NCBI GenBank assembly: GCA_038087875.1
Contig: CM075995.1
Coordinates: 10,666,001 to 10,730,000, forward strand
DNA length: 64,000 bases
Source: Malacoraja senta
Taxonomy: Eukaryota
Direction of reading: 5' to 3'
Under the pieces are notes generated by a model. The model was not told the DNA's origin. It searched no databases and saw only the letters and a program-made list of their open reading frames with translations. The position numbers and the translations under genes are program-made. Shown here piece after piece: positions 13,768 to 26,159 of the stretch. The stretch's first letter is position 1. The number at the start of each line of letters is the position of its first letter.

Positions 13768-14378
13768 GAGAGGCCCGAGAGCCGTTGGCGAGATCGCAGA
13801 GGGAGGAGCTACACCCGAGCGGTAGGAGTTAAAAAGGAGCGCGGGGCTTGTTCCTTACAGAGGCCCGAGAGCCGTTGGAGAGATCGCAGAGGGAGGAGCT
13901 ACACCCGAGCGGTAGGAGATAAAAAGGAGCGCGGGGCTTGTTCCTTACAGAGGCCCGAGAGCCGTTGGAGAGATCACAGAGGGAGGAGCTACACCCGAGC
14001 GGTAGGAGATAAAAAGGAGCGCGGGGCTTGTCCCTTACAGAGGCCCGAGAGCCGTTGGAGAGATCGCAGAGGGAGGAGCTACACCCGAGCGGTTGGAGAT
14101 AAAAAGGAGCGCAGGGCTTGTTCCTTACAGAGGCCCGAGAGCCGTTGGAGAGATCGCAGAGGGAGGAGCCACACCTGAGCGGTAGGAGATAAAAAGGAGC
14201 GCGGGGCTTGTTCCTTACAGAGGCCCGAGAGCCGTTGGAGAGATCGCAGAGGGAGGAGCTACACCCGAGCGGTAGGAGATAAAAAGGAGCGCGGGGCTTG
14301 TTCCTTACAGAGGCCCGAGAGCCGTTGGAGAGATCGCAGAGGGAGGAGCTACACCCGAGCGGTAGGAGATAAAAAGGA
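13768..14378 (+). repeat. 90-bp tandem repeat, about 6.8 copies, at the CR1 5' end
   Basis: aggcccgagagccgttgg starts at 13771, 13861, 13951, 14041, 14131, 14221 and 14311. The copies are near-identical. Confidence 0.97.
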
Positions 14379-14498
14379 ACCCAAATCTGTAACGTTCCAA
14401 GTCCCACTTCAAAAACAAGTGGGTTTGAGGAAGCCGCTGATTGGTGGACGCAGACAAGAGGGAGCAGCTGATTGGGAGTCAGATCCCTGCTGATTGTA

Positions 14499-14710
14499 CT
14501 GTATTCTAGCAGTTTGTTTTGTATTCTAGCAGTTTGTTTTTGTATTCTAGCAGTTTGTTTTGTATTCTAGTAGTTTGTTTTGTATTCTAGCAGTTTATTT
14601 TGTATTCTAGCAGTTTATTTTGTATTCTAGCAGTTTGTTTTTGTATTCTAGCAGTTTGTTTTGTATTCTAGCAGTTTGTTTTGTATTCTAGCAGTTTGAT
14701 TTGTATTCTA
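14499..14710 (+). repeat. 20/21-bp tandem repeat (tgtattctagcagtttgttt), about 10 copies
   Basis: Directly visible, with no spacers, immediately upstream of ORF1. Confidence 0.95.
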
Positions 14711-14727
14711 TCCAGGGTAAGGGGAGT

Positions 14728-15663
14728 ATGAGGGCCAGGGCAGTTTACTGTTCTGGATGTCAGATGTGGGAAGTCATGGAGTCTGATAGCCCTCCAGACG
14801 TCCACATCTGCGCCAGGTGTATCGAGATGGGGCTCCTAATGGACCATATTAGGAACCTGGAGCAGCAGCTCGATGACCTCCGTCTGGTCAGGGAGAGCAA
14901 GGAAGTCATTGAGAGGAGTTACAGGGATGTGGTCACTCCAACACCACAGGAGGCAGGCAAGTGGATCACGGTTGGGAGAGGCAAGGGGCACAGGCAGGGA
15001 CTAGAGAGTACCCCGGTGGCTGTACACCTTGACAATAAGTACTCCTGTTTGAGCACTGTTGGGGTGGACAGCCTACCTGGGGGTAGCGACAGCGGCCGGG
15101 CCTCCGGTATAGAGACCGGTCCTGTTGCTCAGAAGGGTAAGGAAAAGAAGAGGAGGGCAATATTAATAGGGGACTCTATAGTTAGGGGGTCAGACAGGCG
15201 ATTCTGTGGATGCAGTCGGGAGACCTGGATGGTAGTTTGCCTCCCTGGTGCCAGGGTCTGTGATGTGTCTCAACGTGTCCAAGACATCCTGAAAGGGCAG
15301 GGAGAGGAGCCCGAGGTCGTGATACATATAGGTACCAATGACATAGGTAAAAAAAAAGAAGAGGTCCTGAAAGGAGAATTTAGGGAGTTAGGAGGGGAGT
15401 TAAAGAGAAGGACAGCAAAGGTAACAATCTCGGGATTACTGCCTGTGCCACGCGACAGTGAGAGTAGGAATGGAGCGAGGTGGAGGATAAATGCGTGGCT
15501 GAAGGACAGGTGCAGAAGGCAGGGATTCAAATTTCTGGATCATTGGGACCTCTTTTGTGGAAGGTTCGACCTGTACAAAAAGGATGTGTTGCACTTGAAC
15601 CTGAGGGTGACCGATATCCTGGCCGGGAGATCTGCAAAGGCTACTGGGGAGACTTTAAACTAG
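14728..15663 (+). CDS. CR1 ORF1 (Cys-rich/coiled-coil N-terminus + SGNH esterase-like domain)
   Basis: CxxC...CxxC followed by a heptad region; motifs IGDSIVR, HIGTND and D(V)LHLN. Confidence 0.85.
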   Translation: MRARAVYCSGCQMWEVMESDSPPDVHICARCIEMGLLMDHIRNLEQQLDDLRLVRESKEVIERSYRDVVTPTPQEAGKWITVGRGKGHRQGLESTPVAVHLDNKYSCLSTVGVDSLPGGSDSGRASGIETGPVAQKGKEKKRRAILIGDSIVRGSDRRFCGCSRETWMVVCLPGARVCDVSQRVQDILKGQGEEPEVVIHIGTNDIGKKKEEVLKGEFRELGGELKRRTAKVTISGLLPVPRDSESRNGARWRINAWLKDRCRRQGFKFLDHWDLFCGRFDLYKKDVLHLNLRVTDILAGRSAKATGETLN

Positions 15664-15841
15664 AATGGTTGGGGGGAGGGACTCAAATAGAGAATGCTAT
15701 TAGACAGTGTGTGAGGCAGGAGGCAGAGAAGGAAAGCACTCAGACCCAACATTTAGGGGGGAAAGAAGAAAACAATAATAAACAGAGAATAAGAGGTGGT
15801 GGGGTTCTTAAATGGGTGAGCAGAGAAACAGAGGGGTGTAA

Positions 15842-18444
15842 AATGCGGGCGGAAGCAATAGGTAGCAAGGTGAAAAGTAAAAGTGGCAGGCAGACAAATC
15901 CAGGGCAAAAATCAAAAAGAGCCACTTTTCAACATAATTGTATAAGGGGTAAGAGCGTTGTAAAAACAAGCCTGAAGGCTTTGTGTCTCAATGCAAGGAG
16001 CATTCGTAATAAGGTGGATGAGTTGAACGTGCAGATAGCAATTAATGATTATGATATAGTTGGGATCACGGAGACATGGCTCCAGGGTGACCAAGGCTGG
16101 GAGCTGAACATCCAGGGATATTCAATATTCAGGAGGGATAGAGAGAAAGGAAAAGGAGGTGGGGTAGCGTTGCTGGTTAGAGAGGAGATTAACGCAGTGG
16201 AAAGGAAGGACATTAGCTTGGAGGATGTGGAATCGGTATGGGTAGAGCTGCGAAACACTAAGGGGCAGAAAACGCTGGTGGGTGTTGTGTACAGGCCACC
16301 TAGCAGTAGTAGTGAAGTTGGGGATGGCATCAAACAGGAAATTAGAAATGCGTGCAACAAAGGCAAAACAGTTATAATGGGTGACTTCAATCTACATATA
16401 GATTGGGTGAATCAAATTGGCAGGGGTGCTGAGGAAGAGGATTTCTTGGAATGTATGAGGGATAGTTATCTAAACCAACATGTAGAGGAACCAACGAGAG
16501 AGCAGGCTATTCTAGACTGGGTATTGAGTAATGAGGAAGGGTTGGTTAGCAGACTTGTTGTGCGTGCCCCCTTGGGCAAGAGTGACCATAATATGGTTGA
16601 GTTCTTCATTAGGATGGAGAGTGACATTGTTAATTCAGAAACAATGGTTCTGAACTTAAAGAAAGGTAACTTTGAGGGTATGAGACGTGAATTGGCCAAG
16701 ATTGACTGGCAATTAGTTCTAAAAGGGTTGACGGTGGATATGCAATGGAAGGCATTTAAAGACTGCATGGATGAACTACAAAAATTGTTCATCCCAGTTT
16801 GGCAAAAGAATAAATCAGGGAAGGTAGTGCATCCGTGGATAACAAGGGAAATCAGGGATAGTATCAAAGCAAAAGATGATGCGTACATATTAGCCAGAAA
16901 AAGCAGCATACCAGAGGACTGGGAGAAATTCAGAGACCTGCAGAGGAGGACAAAGGGCTTAATTAGGAAAGGGAAAATAGATTATGAAAGGAAGCTGGCA
17001 GGGAACATAAAAACTGACTGCAAAAGTTTTTATAGATATGTGAAGAGAAAGAGATTAGTTAAAACAAATGTAGGTCCCTTGCAGTCAGAAACCGGTGAAT
17101 TGATCATGGGGAACAAGGATATGGCGGACCAATTGAATAACTACTTTGGTTCCGTCTTCACTAAGGAAGACATAAATAATCTGCCGGAAATAGCAGGGGG
17201 CCGCGGGTCAAAGGAGATGGAGGAACTGAGTGAAATCCAGGTTAGTCGGGAAGAGGTGTTGGGTAAATTGAATGGATTAAAGGCCGATAAATCACCAGGG
17301 CCAGATAGGCTGCATCCCAGAGTACTTAAGGAAGTAGCTCCAGAAATAGTGGATGCATTAGTGATAATTTTTCAAAACTCTTTAGATTCTGGAGTAGTTC
17401 CTGAGGATTGGAGGGTAGCAAACGTAACCCCACTTTTTAAGAAGGGAGGGAGAGAGAAAACGGGGAATTACAGACCAGTTAGTCTAACATCGGTAGTGGG
17501 GAAACTGCTAGAGTCAGTTATTAAAGATGGGATAGCAGCACATTTGGAAAGTGGTGAAATCATTGGACAAAGTCAGCATGGATTTACGAAAGGTAAATCG
17601 TGTCTGACGAATCTTATAGAATTTTTTGAGGATGTAACTAGTAGAGTGGATAGGGGAGAACCAGTGGATGTGTTGTATCTGGACTTTCAGAAGGCTTTCG
17701 ACAAGTTACCACATAAGAGATTAGGATACAAACTTAAATCACACAGTATTGGGGGTTCAGTATTGATGTGGATAGAGAACTGGCTGGCAAACAGGAAGCA
17801 AAGAGTAGGAGTAAACGGGTCCTTTTCACAATGGCAGGCAGTGACTAGTGGGGTACCGCAAGGCTCAGTGCTGAGACCCCAGCTATTTACAATTTATATT
17901 AATGATCTGGACGAGGGAATTGAAAGCAACATCTCCAAGTTTGCGGATGACACTAAGCTGGGGGGCAGTGTTAGCTGTGAGGAGGATGCCAGGAGACTGC
18001 AAGGTGACTTGGATAGGCTGGGTGAGTGGGCAAATGTTTGGCAGATGCAGTATAATGTGGATAAATGTGAGGTTATCCACTTTGGTGGCAAAAACGGGAA
18101 GGCAGACTATTATCTAAATGGTGGCCGATTAGGAAATGGGGAGATGCAGCGAGACCTGGGTGTCATGGTACACCAGTCATTGAAAGTAGGCATGCAGGTG
18201 CAGCAGGCAGTGAAGAAAGCGAATGGTATGTTGGCCTTCATAGCAAGAGGATTTGAGTATAGGAGCAGGGAGGTTCTACTGCAGTTGTACATGGTCTTGG
18301 TGAGACCACACCTGGAGTATTGCGTACAGTTTTGGTCTCCAAATCTGAGGAAGGACATTATTGCCATAGAGGGAGTGCAGAGAAGGTTCACCAGACTGAT
18401 TCCTGGGATGTCAGGACTTTCATATGAAGAAAGACTGGATAGAC
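15842..18444 (+). CDS. CR1 ORF2 (APE endonuclease + RT), open until the insertion at 18445; remainder at 19374-19700
   Basis: Motifs LNARSI, ITETW, MGDFN, SDH, QHGF, LDFQKAFD, PQGSVL and FADD. The start codon is uncertain. Confidence 0.85.
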
Positions 18445-19373
18445 AGTCTGTAGGGGGCGCTGCTCTGGCAGCAGCCATGTCAGCAGTGCGTCAGTTTTTT
18501 CAACTTTAATTTTTATTTTTAGTATGTTTTAAAATGTGTAATTAATGTTTCTTTGTGTGTCTTGTGTGGGGGGTGGTGTGGGGGGGTAAGGGGGAAACCG
18601 CTTCGGTCGCCTCCTCCATGGAGAGGCGACTTTTTCCAGGTCGCCTCCCCCGTGGCCTAACATCAAGGATCGGCGCGGCCTTTCCCGGAGACGTGCCCGG
18701 GCTTCAGCGGCGGGCGCAGCGTGGACTCTCGGCGTGGAGCGGGTGAACCCTCGCTGGGGCTCGCTGGAGGGGAGCGCTCCGTTTCGCTGGCCCGGGGCAG
18801 CCGGCAGCCTGAAGTCGCAGCCTGAAGCCGCGGTCTGCAAAGCTCCAGCTGGTGCGGCGTCTACAGCCCGGGATCCCTCTTGGGGGACCCGGGGGAAGAA
18901 GAAGAAGCCATCATTGCCGGCCCGCGGCCAACTTCTACCGCGGGGCCGGCATGGACTTACCATCACCCCTGGAGGGGAGCTTCGACCGCCGGCCCTGCAG
19001 TCTACGGTGCTTCTGGCTGCGGCAGGGAACCTTAAATCTTGAACGCCGGCCTGCGGCCCATAACAATCTAAAGCCGCGGTCTCCGGTGAGAAAGAGCCGA
19101 TCCTGGACTGACTTGGACTCTGGTCCTGTCCACGGGGGGGAAATGGAGGAGGACTGGCCAAATTTTTGTGCCTTCCACCACAGTGATGAATGCTGTGGTG
19201 GATGTTTGTGTTACCTTTTGTGTGTTCTTTTATTGTATCGCTGCTGACAACCCAATCCATTGCCGGGTCGCTGCTCATGCGGTCGACCGGTCGGTGCAGA
19301 TTAAATGTATTGTTTGTTTAAATTGCCCCTCGGGGACAAATAAAGTGCTTGGTAATTGGTAATTGGTAAGGTA
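18445..19373 (+). mobile_element. GC-rich non-coding retroposon with a Rex/Babar-like 3' end and (GGTAATT)n tail
   Basis: Clean interruption of CR1 ORF2. Ends aattgcccctcggggacaaataaagt followed by tandem ggtaatt. Shares blocks with 47762-48586. Confidence 0.6.
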
Positions 19374-20078
19374 TACTCGCTAGAATTTAGGAGATTGAGA
19401 GGGGATCTTATAGAAATGTACAAAATTCTTATGGGGTTGGACAGGCTAGATGCAGGAAGATTGTTCCCAATGTTGGGGAAGTCCAGGACAAGGGGTCACA
19501 GCTTAAGGATAAGGGGGAAATCCTTCAAGACCGAGATGAGGAAAAAGTTTTTCACACAGAGAGTGGTGAATCTCTGGAACTCTCTGCCACAGAGGGTAGT
19601 TGAGGCCAGTTCATTGGCTATATTTAAGAGGGAGTTAGATGTGGCCCTTGTGGCTAAAGGGATCAGGGGGTATGGAGAGAAGGCAGGTACGGGATACTGA
19701 GTTGGATGATCAGCCATGATCATATTGAATGGCGGTGCAGGCTCGAAGGGCCGAATGGCCTACTCCTGCACCTATTTTCTATGTATCTATGTATCTATGA
19801 TTCGGCATAGAAAACTGACTGAAGCTCGAGCTCAGGATTAGATGAAAAGTTATACTTAATAATCTTCAAACCTATCTCCAATGTTGTAGTATTAGTAAAT
19901 TATTCCATTCCTTTTTTTACCATGCTTTTTTTTCTTTCTCTTTATTATTTTCTATATTTAAAAAAAAATAATAGAAGCAGAGTTATTAAATAATTGATAA
20001 TATTTGCAATGTATGATTGATATATATGAAATGTTTTTATTATGTACTAATTAAAAAATTGTAAACAAATAAAAAATA

Positions 20079-22255
20079 ACTAGAGGATTTGCATAAAGGA
20101 GTAAAGGGGTCTTTTTGCAGTTGTACAGGGCCCTGGTGAGACCACATCTGGAGTATTGTGTGCAGTTTTGGTCTCCTGATTTGATGAAGGACATCCTTGC
20201 TATATGGGGAGTGCAGCGTAGGTTCACAAGATTAATCCCTGGGATGGCGGGACTGTCATATGAAGAAAGATTGGAAAGACTGGACTTGTATTCACTGGAA
20301 TTTAGAAGGATGAGAGGGTATCTTATAGAAACGTATAAAATTATAAAAGGACTGGACAAGCTAGATAGGAAAAAAAATTCCAATGTTGGGGGAGTACAGA
20401 ACCAAGGGCCACAGTCTACGAATAAACGGGAGGCCATTTAAAACTGAGATGAGAAAACAAACTTTTTCACCCTGAGAGTTGTAATTTGTGGAATTCTCTG
20501 CCACAGAGGGCAGTAGAGGCCAATTCACTGGATTAATTAAAAAGAAAGTTGGACAGAGGTCTAGCGGCTCGCGAAATCAAGGGATTTAGGGAGAAGGCAG
20601 GCACGGTCTACTGATTGTGGATGATCATCCATGATCACAATGAATGGTGGTGCAGGTTCGAAGGGCCAAATGGCCTCCTCCTGCACCTATTTTCTATTAG
20701 GGATAGTCAGCATGGTTTTGTACGTGAGAGGACGTCTCCCAAATCTGATTGATTTTTTTGAAGACGTGACCAAAATGGTTGATGATGGCAGAGCTGTAGA
20801 TGTTGCGTAAATTGATTTCAGAAAGGCATTCGACAAGGTTCGCCATGGTAGGCTGCTCTGGAAGGTTAGATCGCATGGGATCCACAGAGAGTTAGCAGAA
20901 TGGATAGCAAATTGGCTCATTGGAAGGAAGCAGAAGGTGATGGTGGAAGGTTGCTTCTTGGACTGGAGGCCTGTGACTAGTGGTGTGCCTCAGATTTCGG
21001 TGCTGGGCCCGTTACTGTTTGTCATCTACATCAATGATTTGGATGAGAACATGCAGTGCAAGATTAGCAAGTTTGCTGATGATACAAAAGTAAGCGATTT
21101 TGCAGGTAGTGAAGATGGTTGTGAAGGATTGCAGCAGGATCTGGATCTGGATCGATTAGCCAGATGGGCAGTGGAATGGTTGACACAATGTAATACAGAG
21201 AAGAGTGAAGTGTTGCATTTTGGGACGTTGAACAAGGGCAGGACTTACACCATAAACGGTAGGCCTCTGGGTAGTTCTGTAGATCAGAGAGATCAAGCAG
21301 TACAGATGAATGGTTCCTTGAAGGTCGAGTCGCAGGTACGTTGATAACGTGGTCAAAAAGGCTTTTGGCACTTTGGCCTTCAACAGTCAGACTATTGAGT
21401 GTAGAAGTTGAGAGGTCATGTTGCAGTTGTATAAGACGTCAGTGAGACTGCATTTAGAATATTGTGTTCATTTCTGGGCAGCATTTTATAAGAAAGATAT
21501 TGTCAAGCTTGAAAGGGTTCCGCAAAGATTTACAAGGATATTGCCAGGACTAGAGTGTGTGAGCTATAGGGAGAGGTTGAGTAGGCTGGGTCTCTATTCC
21601 ATGGAGCGCAGGAGGATGAGGGGGGATCTTATAGAGTTGTACAAAATCATGAGAGGAATAGATCTGGTAGATGTACAGAGTCTTTTACCCAGAGTAGGGG
21701 AATCGAGAACCAGAGGTCATATGTTAAAGGTAAAGGGGGAAAGATTTAATAGGAATCCGAGTATAACTTATTCACACAAAGCGTGGTGAGTTTATGGAAC
21801 AAGCTGCCAGAGGCAGTAGTTGAGGCTGGGACTATCTCGTCATTTAAGAAACAGTTAGATAGGTAGATGGGTAGGACAGGTTTGGAGGGATATGGACCAA
21901 GTGCAGGCTAGTGGGAATAGTGTAGCTGGGACATTGTTGGCTGGCGTGGGCAAGTTGGGCCGAAGGGCTTGTTTCCACACTGTATCACTCTGTGCCTCTT
22001 TAACTCTATGACTCTTTTAGAAAGGAGATGAGGAGCAACTTCTTTAGTCAGAGGGTAGTCAATCTGTGGAACTCATTGTCACAGAGGGCTGTGGATTCCT
22101 AGTCAGTGGATATTTTAAGGCAGAGATAGACAAGTTCTTAATTTGAATGGGTGTCAAAGGTTATGGGGAGAAGGCAGGAAAATGGGATTAGGAGGCAGAG
22201 ATCAGCCATGATTGAATGCGGGAGTAGACTCGATTGCCTAATTCAACTGACTGTT
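20079..22255 (+). mobile_element. Older CR1 fragments of several families
   Basis: RT and C-terminal CR1 peptides (20115-20441, 20937-21344, 21418-21789) with stops and frameshifts. Confidence 0.8.
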
Positions 22256-22256
22256 G

Positions 22257-25200
22257 AAGGCTACTGGGGAGACTTTAAACTAGAATGGTTGGGGGGAGGG
22301 ACTCAAATAGAGAATGCTATTAGACAGTGTGTGAGGCAGGAGGCAGAGAAGGAAAGCACTCAGACCCAACATGTAGGGGGGAAAGAAGAAAACAATAATA
22401 AACGGAGAATAAGAGGTGGTGGGGTTCTTAAATGGGTGAGCAGAGAAACAGAGGGGTGTAAAATGCGAGCGGAAGCAATAGGTAGCAAGGTGAAAAGTAA
22501 AAGTGGCAGGCAGACAAATCCAGGGCAAAAATAAAAAAGGGCCACTTTTCAACATAATTGTATAAGGGGTAAGAGCGTTGTAAAAACAAGCCTGAAGGCT
22601 TTGTGTCTCAATGCAAGGAGCATTCGTAATAAGGTGGATGAGTTGAACGTGCAGATAGCAATTAATGATTATGATATAGTTGGGATCACGGAGACATGGC
22701 TCCAGGGTGACCAAGGCTGGGAGCTGAACATCCAGGGATATTCAATTTTCAGGAGGGATAGAGAGAAAGGAAAAGGAGGTGGGGTAGCGTTGCTGGTTAG
22801 AGAGGAGATTAACGCAGTGGAAAGGAAGGACATTAGCTTGGAGGATGTGGAATCGGTATGGGTAGAGCTGCGAAACACTAAGGGGCAGAAAACGCTGGTG
22901 GGTGTTGTGTACAGGCCACCTAGCAGTAGTAGTGAAGTTGGGGATGGCATCAAACAGGAAATTAGAAATGCGTGCAACAAAGACAAAACAGTTATAATGG
23001 GTGCCTTCAATCTATATATAGATTGGGTAAATCAAATTGGCAGGGGTGCTGAGGAAGAGGATTTCTTGGAATGTATGCGGGATAGTTATCTAAACCAACA
23101 TGTAGAAGAACCAACGAGAGAGCAAGCTATTCTAGACTGGGTATTGAGTAATGAGGAAGGGTTAGTTAGCAGTCTTGTTGTGCGTGCCCCCTTGGGCAAG
23201 AGCGACCATAATATGGTTGAGTTCTTCATTAGGATGGAGAGTGACATTGTTAATTCAGAAACAACGGTTCTGAACTTAAAGAAAGGTAACTTTGAGGGTA
23301 TGAGACGTGAATTGGCCAAGATTGACTGGCAATTAGTTCTAAAAGGGTTGATGGTGGATATGCAATGGAAGGCATTTAAAGACTGCATGGATGAACTACA
23401 AAAATTGTTCATCCCAGTTTGGCAAAAGAATAAATCAGGGAAGGTAGTGCATCCGTGGATAACAAGGGATATCAGGGATAGTATCAAAGCAAAAGATGAT
23501 GTGTACAAATTAGCCAGAAAAAGCAGCATACCAGAGGACTGGGAGAAATTCAGAGACCAGCAGAGGAGGACAAAGGGCTTAATTAGGAAAGGGAAAATAG
23601 ATTATGAAAGGAAACTGGCAGGGAACATAAAAACTGACTGCAAAAGTTTTTATAGATATGTACTACTTTGGTTCCGTCTTCACTAAGGAAGACATAAATA
23701 ATCTGCCGGAAATAGCAGGGGGCCGCGGGTCAAAGGAGATGGAGGAACTGAGTGAAATCCAGGTTAGTCGGGAAGTGGTATTGGGTAAATTGAATGGATT
23801 AAAGGCCGATAAATCACCAGGGACAGATAGGCTGCATCCCAGAGTACTTAAGGAAGTAGCTCCAGAAATAGTGGATGCATTAGTGATAATTTTTCAAAAC
23901 TCTTTAGATTCTGGAGTAGTTCCTGAGGATTGGAGGGTAGCAAACGTAACCCCACTTTTTAAGAAGGGAGGGAGAGAGAAAACGGGGAATTACAGACCAG
24001 TTAGTCTAACATCGGTAGTGGGGAAACTGCTAGAGTCAGTTATTAAAGATGGGATAGCAGCACATTTGGATAGCGGTGAAATCATTGGACAAAGTCAGCA
24101 TGGATTTACGAAAGGTAAATCGTGTCTGACGAATCTTATAGAATTTTTCGAGGATGTAACGAGTAGAGTGGATAGGGGAGAACCAGTGGATGTGTTGTAT
24201 CTAGACTTTCAGAAGGCTTTCGACAAGGTACCACATAAGAGATTAGGATACAAACTTAAATCACACGGTATTGGGGGTACAGTATTGATGTGGATAGAGA
24301 ACTGGCTGGCAAACATGAAGCAAAGAGTAGGAGTAAACGGGTCCTTTTCACAATGGCAGGCAGTGACTAGTGGGGTACCGCAAGGCTCAGTGCTGGGACC
24401 CCAGCTATTTACAATTTATATTAATGAACTGGATTAGGGAATTGAAAGCAACATCTCCAAGTTTGCGGATGACACTAAGCTGGGGGGCAGTGTTAGCTGT
24501 GAGGAGGATGCTAGGAGACTGCAAGGTGACTTGGATAGGCTGGGTGAGTGGGCAAATGTTTGGCAGATGCAGTATAATGTGGATAAATGTGAGGTTATCC
24601 ACTTTGGTGGCAAAAACGGGAAGGCAGACTATTATCTAAATGGTGGCCGATTAGGAAATGGGGAGATGCAGCGAGACCTGGGTGTCATGGTACACCAGTC
24701 ATTGAAAGTAGGCATGCAGGTGCAGCAGGCAGTGAAGAAAGCGAATGGTATGTTGGCTTTCATAGCAAGAGGATTTGAGTATAGGAGCAGGGATGTTCTA
24801 CTGCAGTTGTACAGGGTCTTGGTGAGACCACACCTGGAGTATTGCGTACAGTTTTGGTCTCCAAAACTCAATAAACTCACTAAAAAATGGAAAAACACCA
24901 GGCCCTGATGGATTTACTAATGAATTTTATAAAAGCTTTTATGATAAAATAATACCAAGATTACAAAAAATGTACCAATACGCTTTTAAAAAACGAATAC
25001 TACCTGATACATTAGCGGAATCAACGATTACATTAATACCTAAGAAAAATAAGGATTTAGAAGAACCTGGCTCATATAGAGCTATAGCATTGTTAAACAC
25101 AGATCAAAAAATATTAGCGAAAACATTAGCCAGAAGATTAAGTAAATACATTAGTAAATTAATAAACCCAGATCAGACAGGGTTTATCCCTAAGAGATAC

Positions 25201-26006
25201 TCCTCTAATAATATGAGACGTCTACTCAACATAATGCACTCACACAAATCTGAAGATCAAGAATTATCAATTATTTCGCTGGATGCTGAAAAAGCATTTG
25301 ATCAAGTAGAATGGAATTATATGGATAAAGTATTACAAAAATTTCAACTGGGAGAGAATTTTATTTTATGGATTAAGTTACTATATAACAAACCTACAGC
25401 TAGAATACTTACTAATAACATATTATCCTCGAAATTTCAACTATCAAGGGGAAATAGACAAGGATGCTCATTATCACCACAGCTGTTTGCTCTCATTATT
25501 GAACCGCTAGCAAATCTGAGGAAGGACATTATAGCCATAGAGGGAGTGCAGAGAAGGTTCACCAGACTGATTCCTGGGATGGCAGGACTTTCATATGAAG
25601 AAAGACTGGATAGACTTGGCTTGTACTTGTATTCTTATGGGGTTGGACAGGTTAGATGCAGGTTGATTGTTCCCGATGTTGGGGAAGTCCAGGACAAGGG
25701 GTCACAGCTTAAGGATAAGGGGGAAATCCTTGAAGACCGAGATGAGGAAAAACCTTTTCACACAGAGAGTGGTGAATCTCTGGAACTCTCTGCCACAGAG
25801 GGTAGTTGAGGCCAGTTCATTGGCTATATTTAAGAGGGAGTTAGATGTGGCCCTTGTGGCTAAGGGGATCAGGGGGTATGGAGAGAAGGCAGGTACGGGA
25901 TACTGAGTTGAATGATCAGCCATGATCATATTGAATGGCGGTGCAGTCTCGAAGGGCCGAATGGCCTACTCCTGCACCTATTTTCTATGTATCTATGTAT
26001 CTATGT
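22257..26006 (+). mobile_element. 5'-truncated CR1, same young subfamily as 13757-19796
   Basis: Near-identical to 15637-19796. Has a ~98-nt deletion at 23661, a stop at ~24434, an L1 insert at 24866-25510, and a TATCTATG tail. Confidence 0.9.
24866..25510 (+). mobile_element. Internal L1 RT fragment lacking the 3' end and poly(A)
   Basis: Encodes NGKTPGPDG...YRAIALLNTDQK...LDAEKAFD...RQGCSLSP...IEPLA. Flanked by caaa on both sides inside CR1. Confidence 0.88.
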
Positions 26007-26159
26007 AACTCCTATAATTTGTGAACGTGAACTTGTGATAGAAAAATGTTTAGAAGAATTTGGACCAAATGGGAAAATTGGACTAGTTTAGATACGGCAT
26101 CTTGGTTGGCATGGACGGGTTGCGACAGAGGGCCTATTTCAGTGCTGTATGACACTTTA

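Larger units (their letters stand above)
13757..19796 (+). mobile_element. Full-length CR1 LINE with tandem-repeat 5' UTR, interrupted at 18445-19373
   Basis: TSD atgattc (13750-13756 and 19797-19803), ORF1 and ORF2, and a (TATCTATG)n tail. Confidence 0.9.
12447..20078 (+). mobile_element. 5'-truncated, degenerate L1 related to the 1644-6554 element (12447-13756 and 19804-20078), split by a full-length CR1
   Basis: The ORF2 C-terminus is homologous to 4900-6200. The 3' UTR resumes at 19804 (ggcatagaaaactgactgaag, similar to 6184 gcacaggaacctgactaa). Confidence 0.85.

Noticed and set aside
13750..14407. Repetitive ORFs 13750-14178 (+) and 13829-14407 (-)
   Set aside because: By-products of a 90-bp (multiple of 3) tandem repeat in a CR1 5' UTR; no protein signature.
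14499..14710. CRISPR-like look of the 20/21-bp and 41-bp arrays
   Set aside because: Contiguous units with no unique spacers, no cas genes, and a vertebrate context.
18529..19278. Overlapping ORFs in the GC-rich inserts (also 47827-48445)
   Set aside because: Open in several frames on both strands because of high GC; no peptide conserved between the two related elements.
22257..26006. Local segmental duplication of the CR1 at 15637-19796
   Set aside because: Flanks differ, the copy has its own tail and a short aact duplication in an older CR1 end, and it lacks the 18445 insert. An independent insertion of the same subfamily is simpler.
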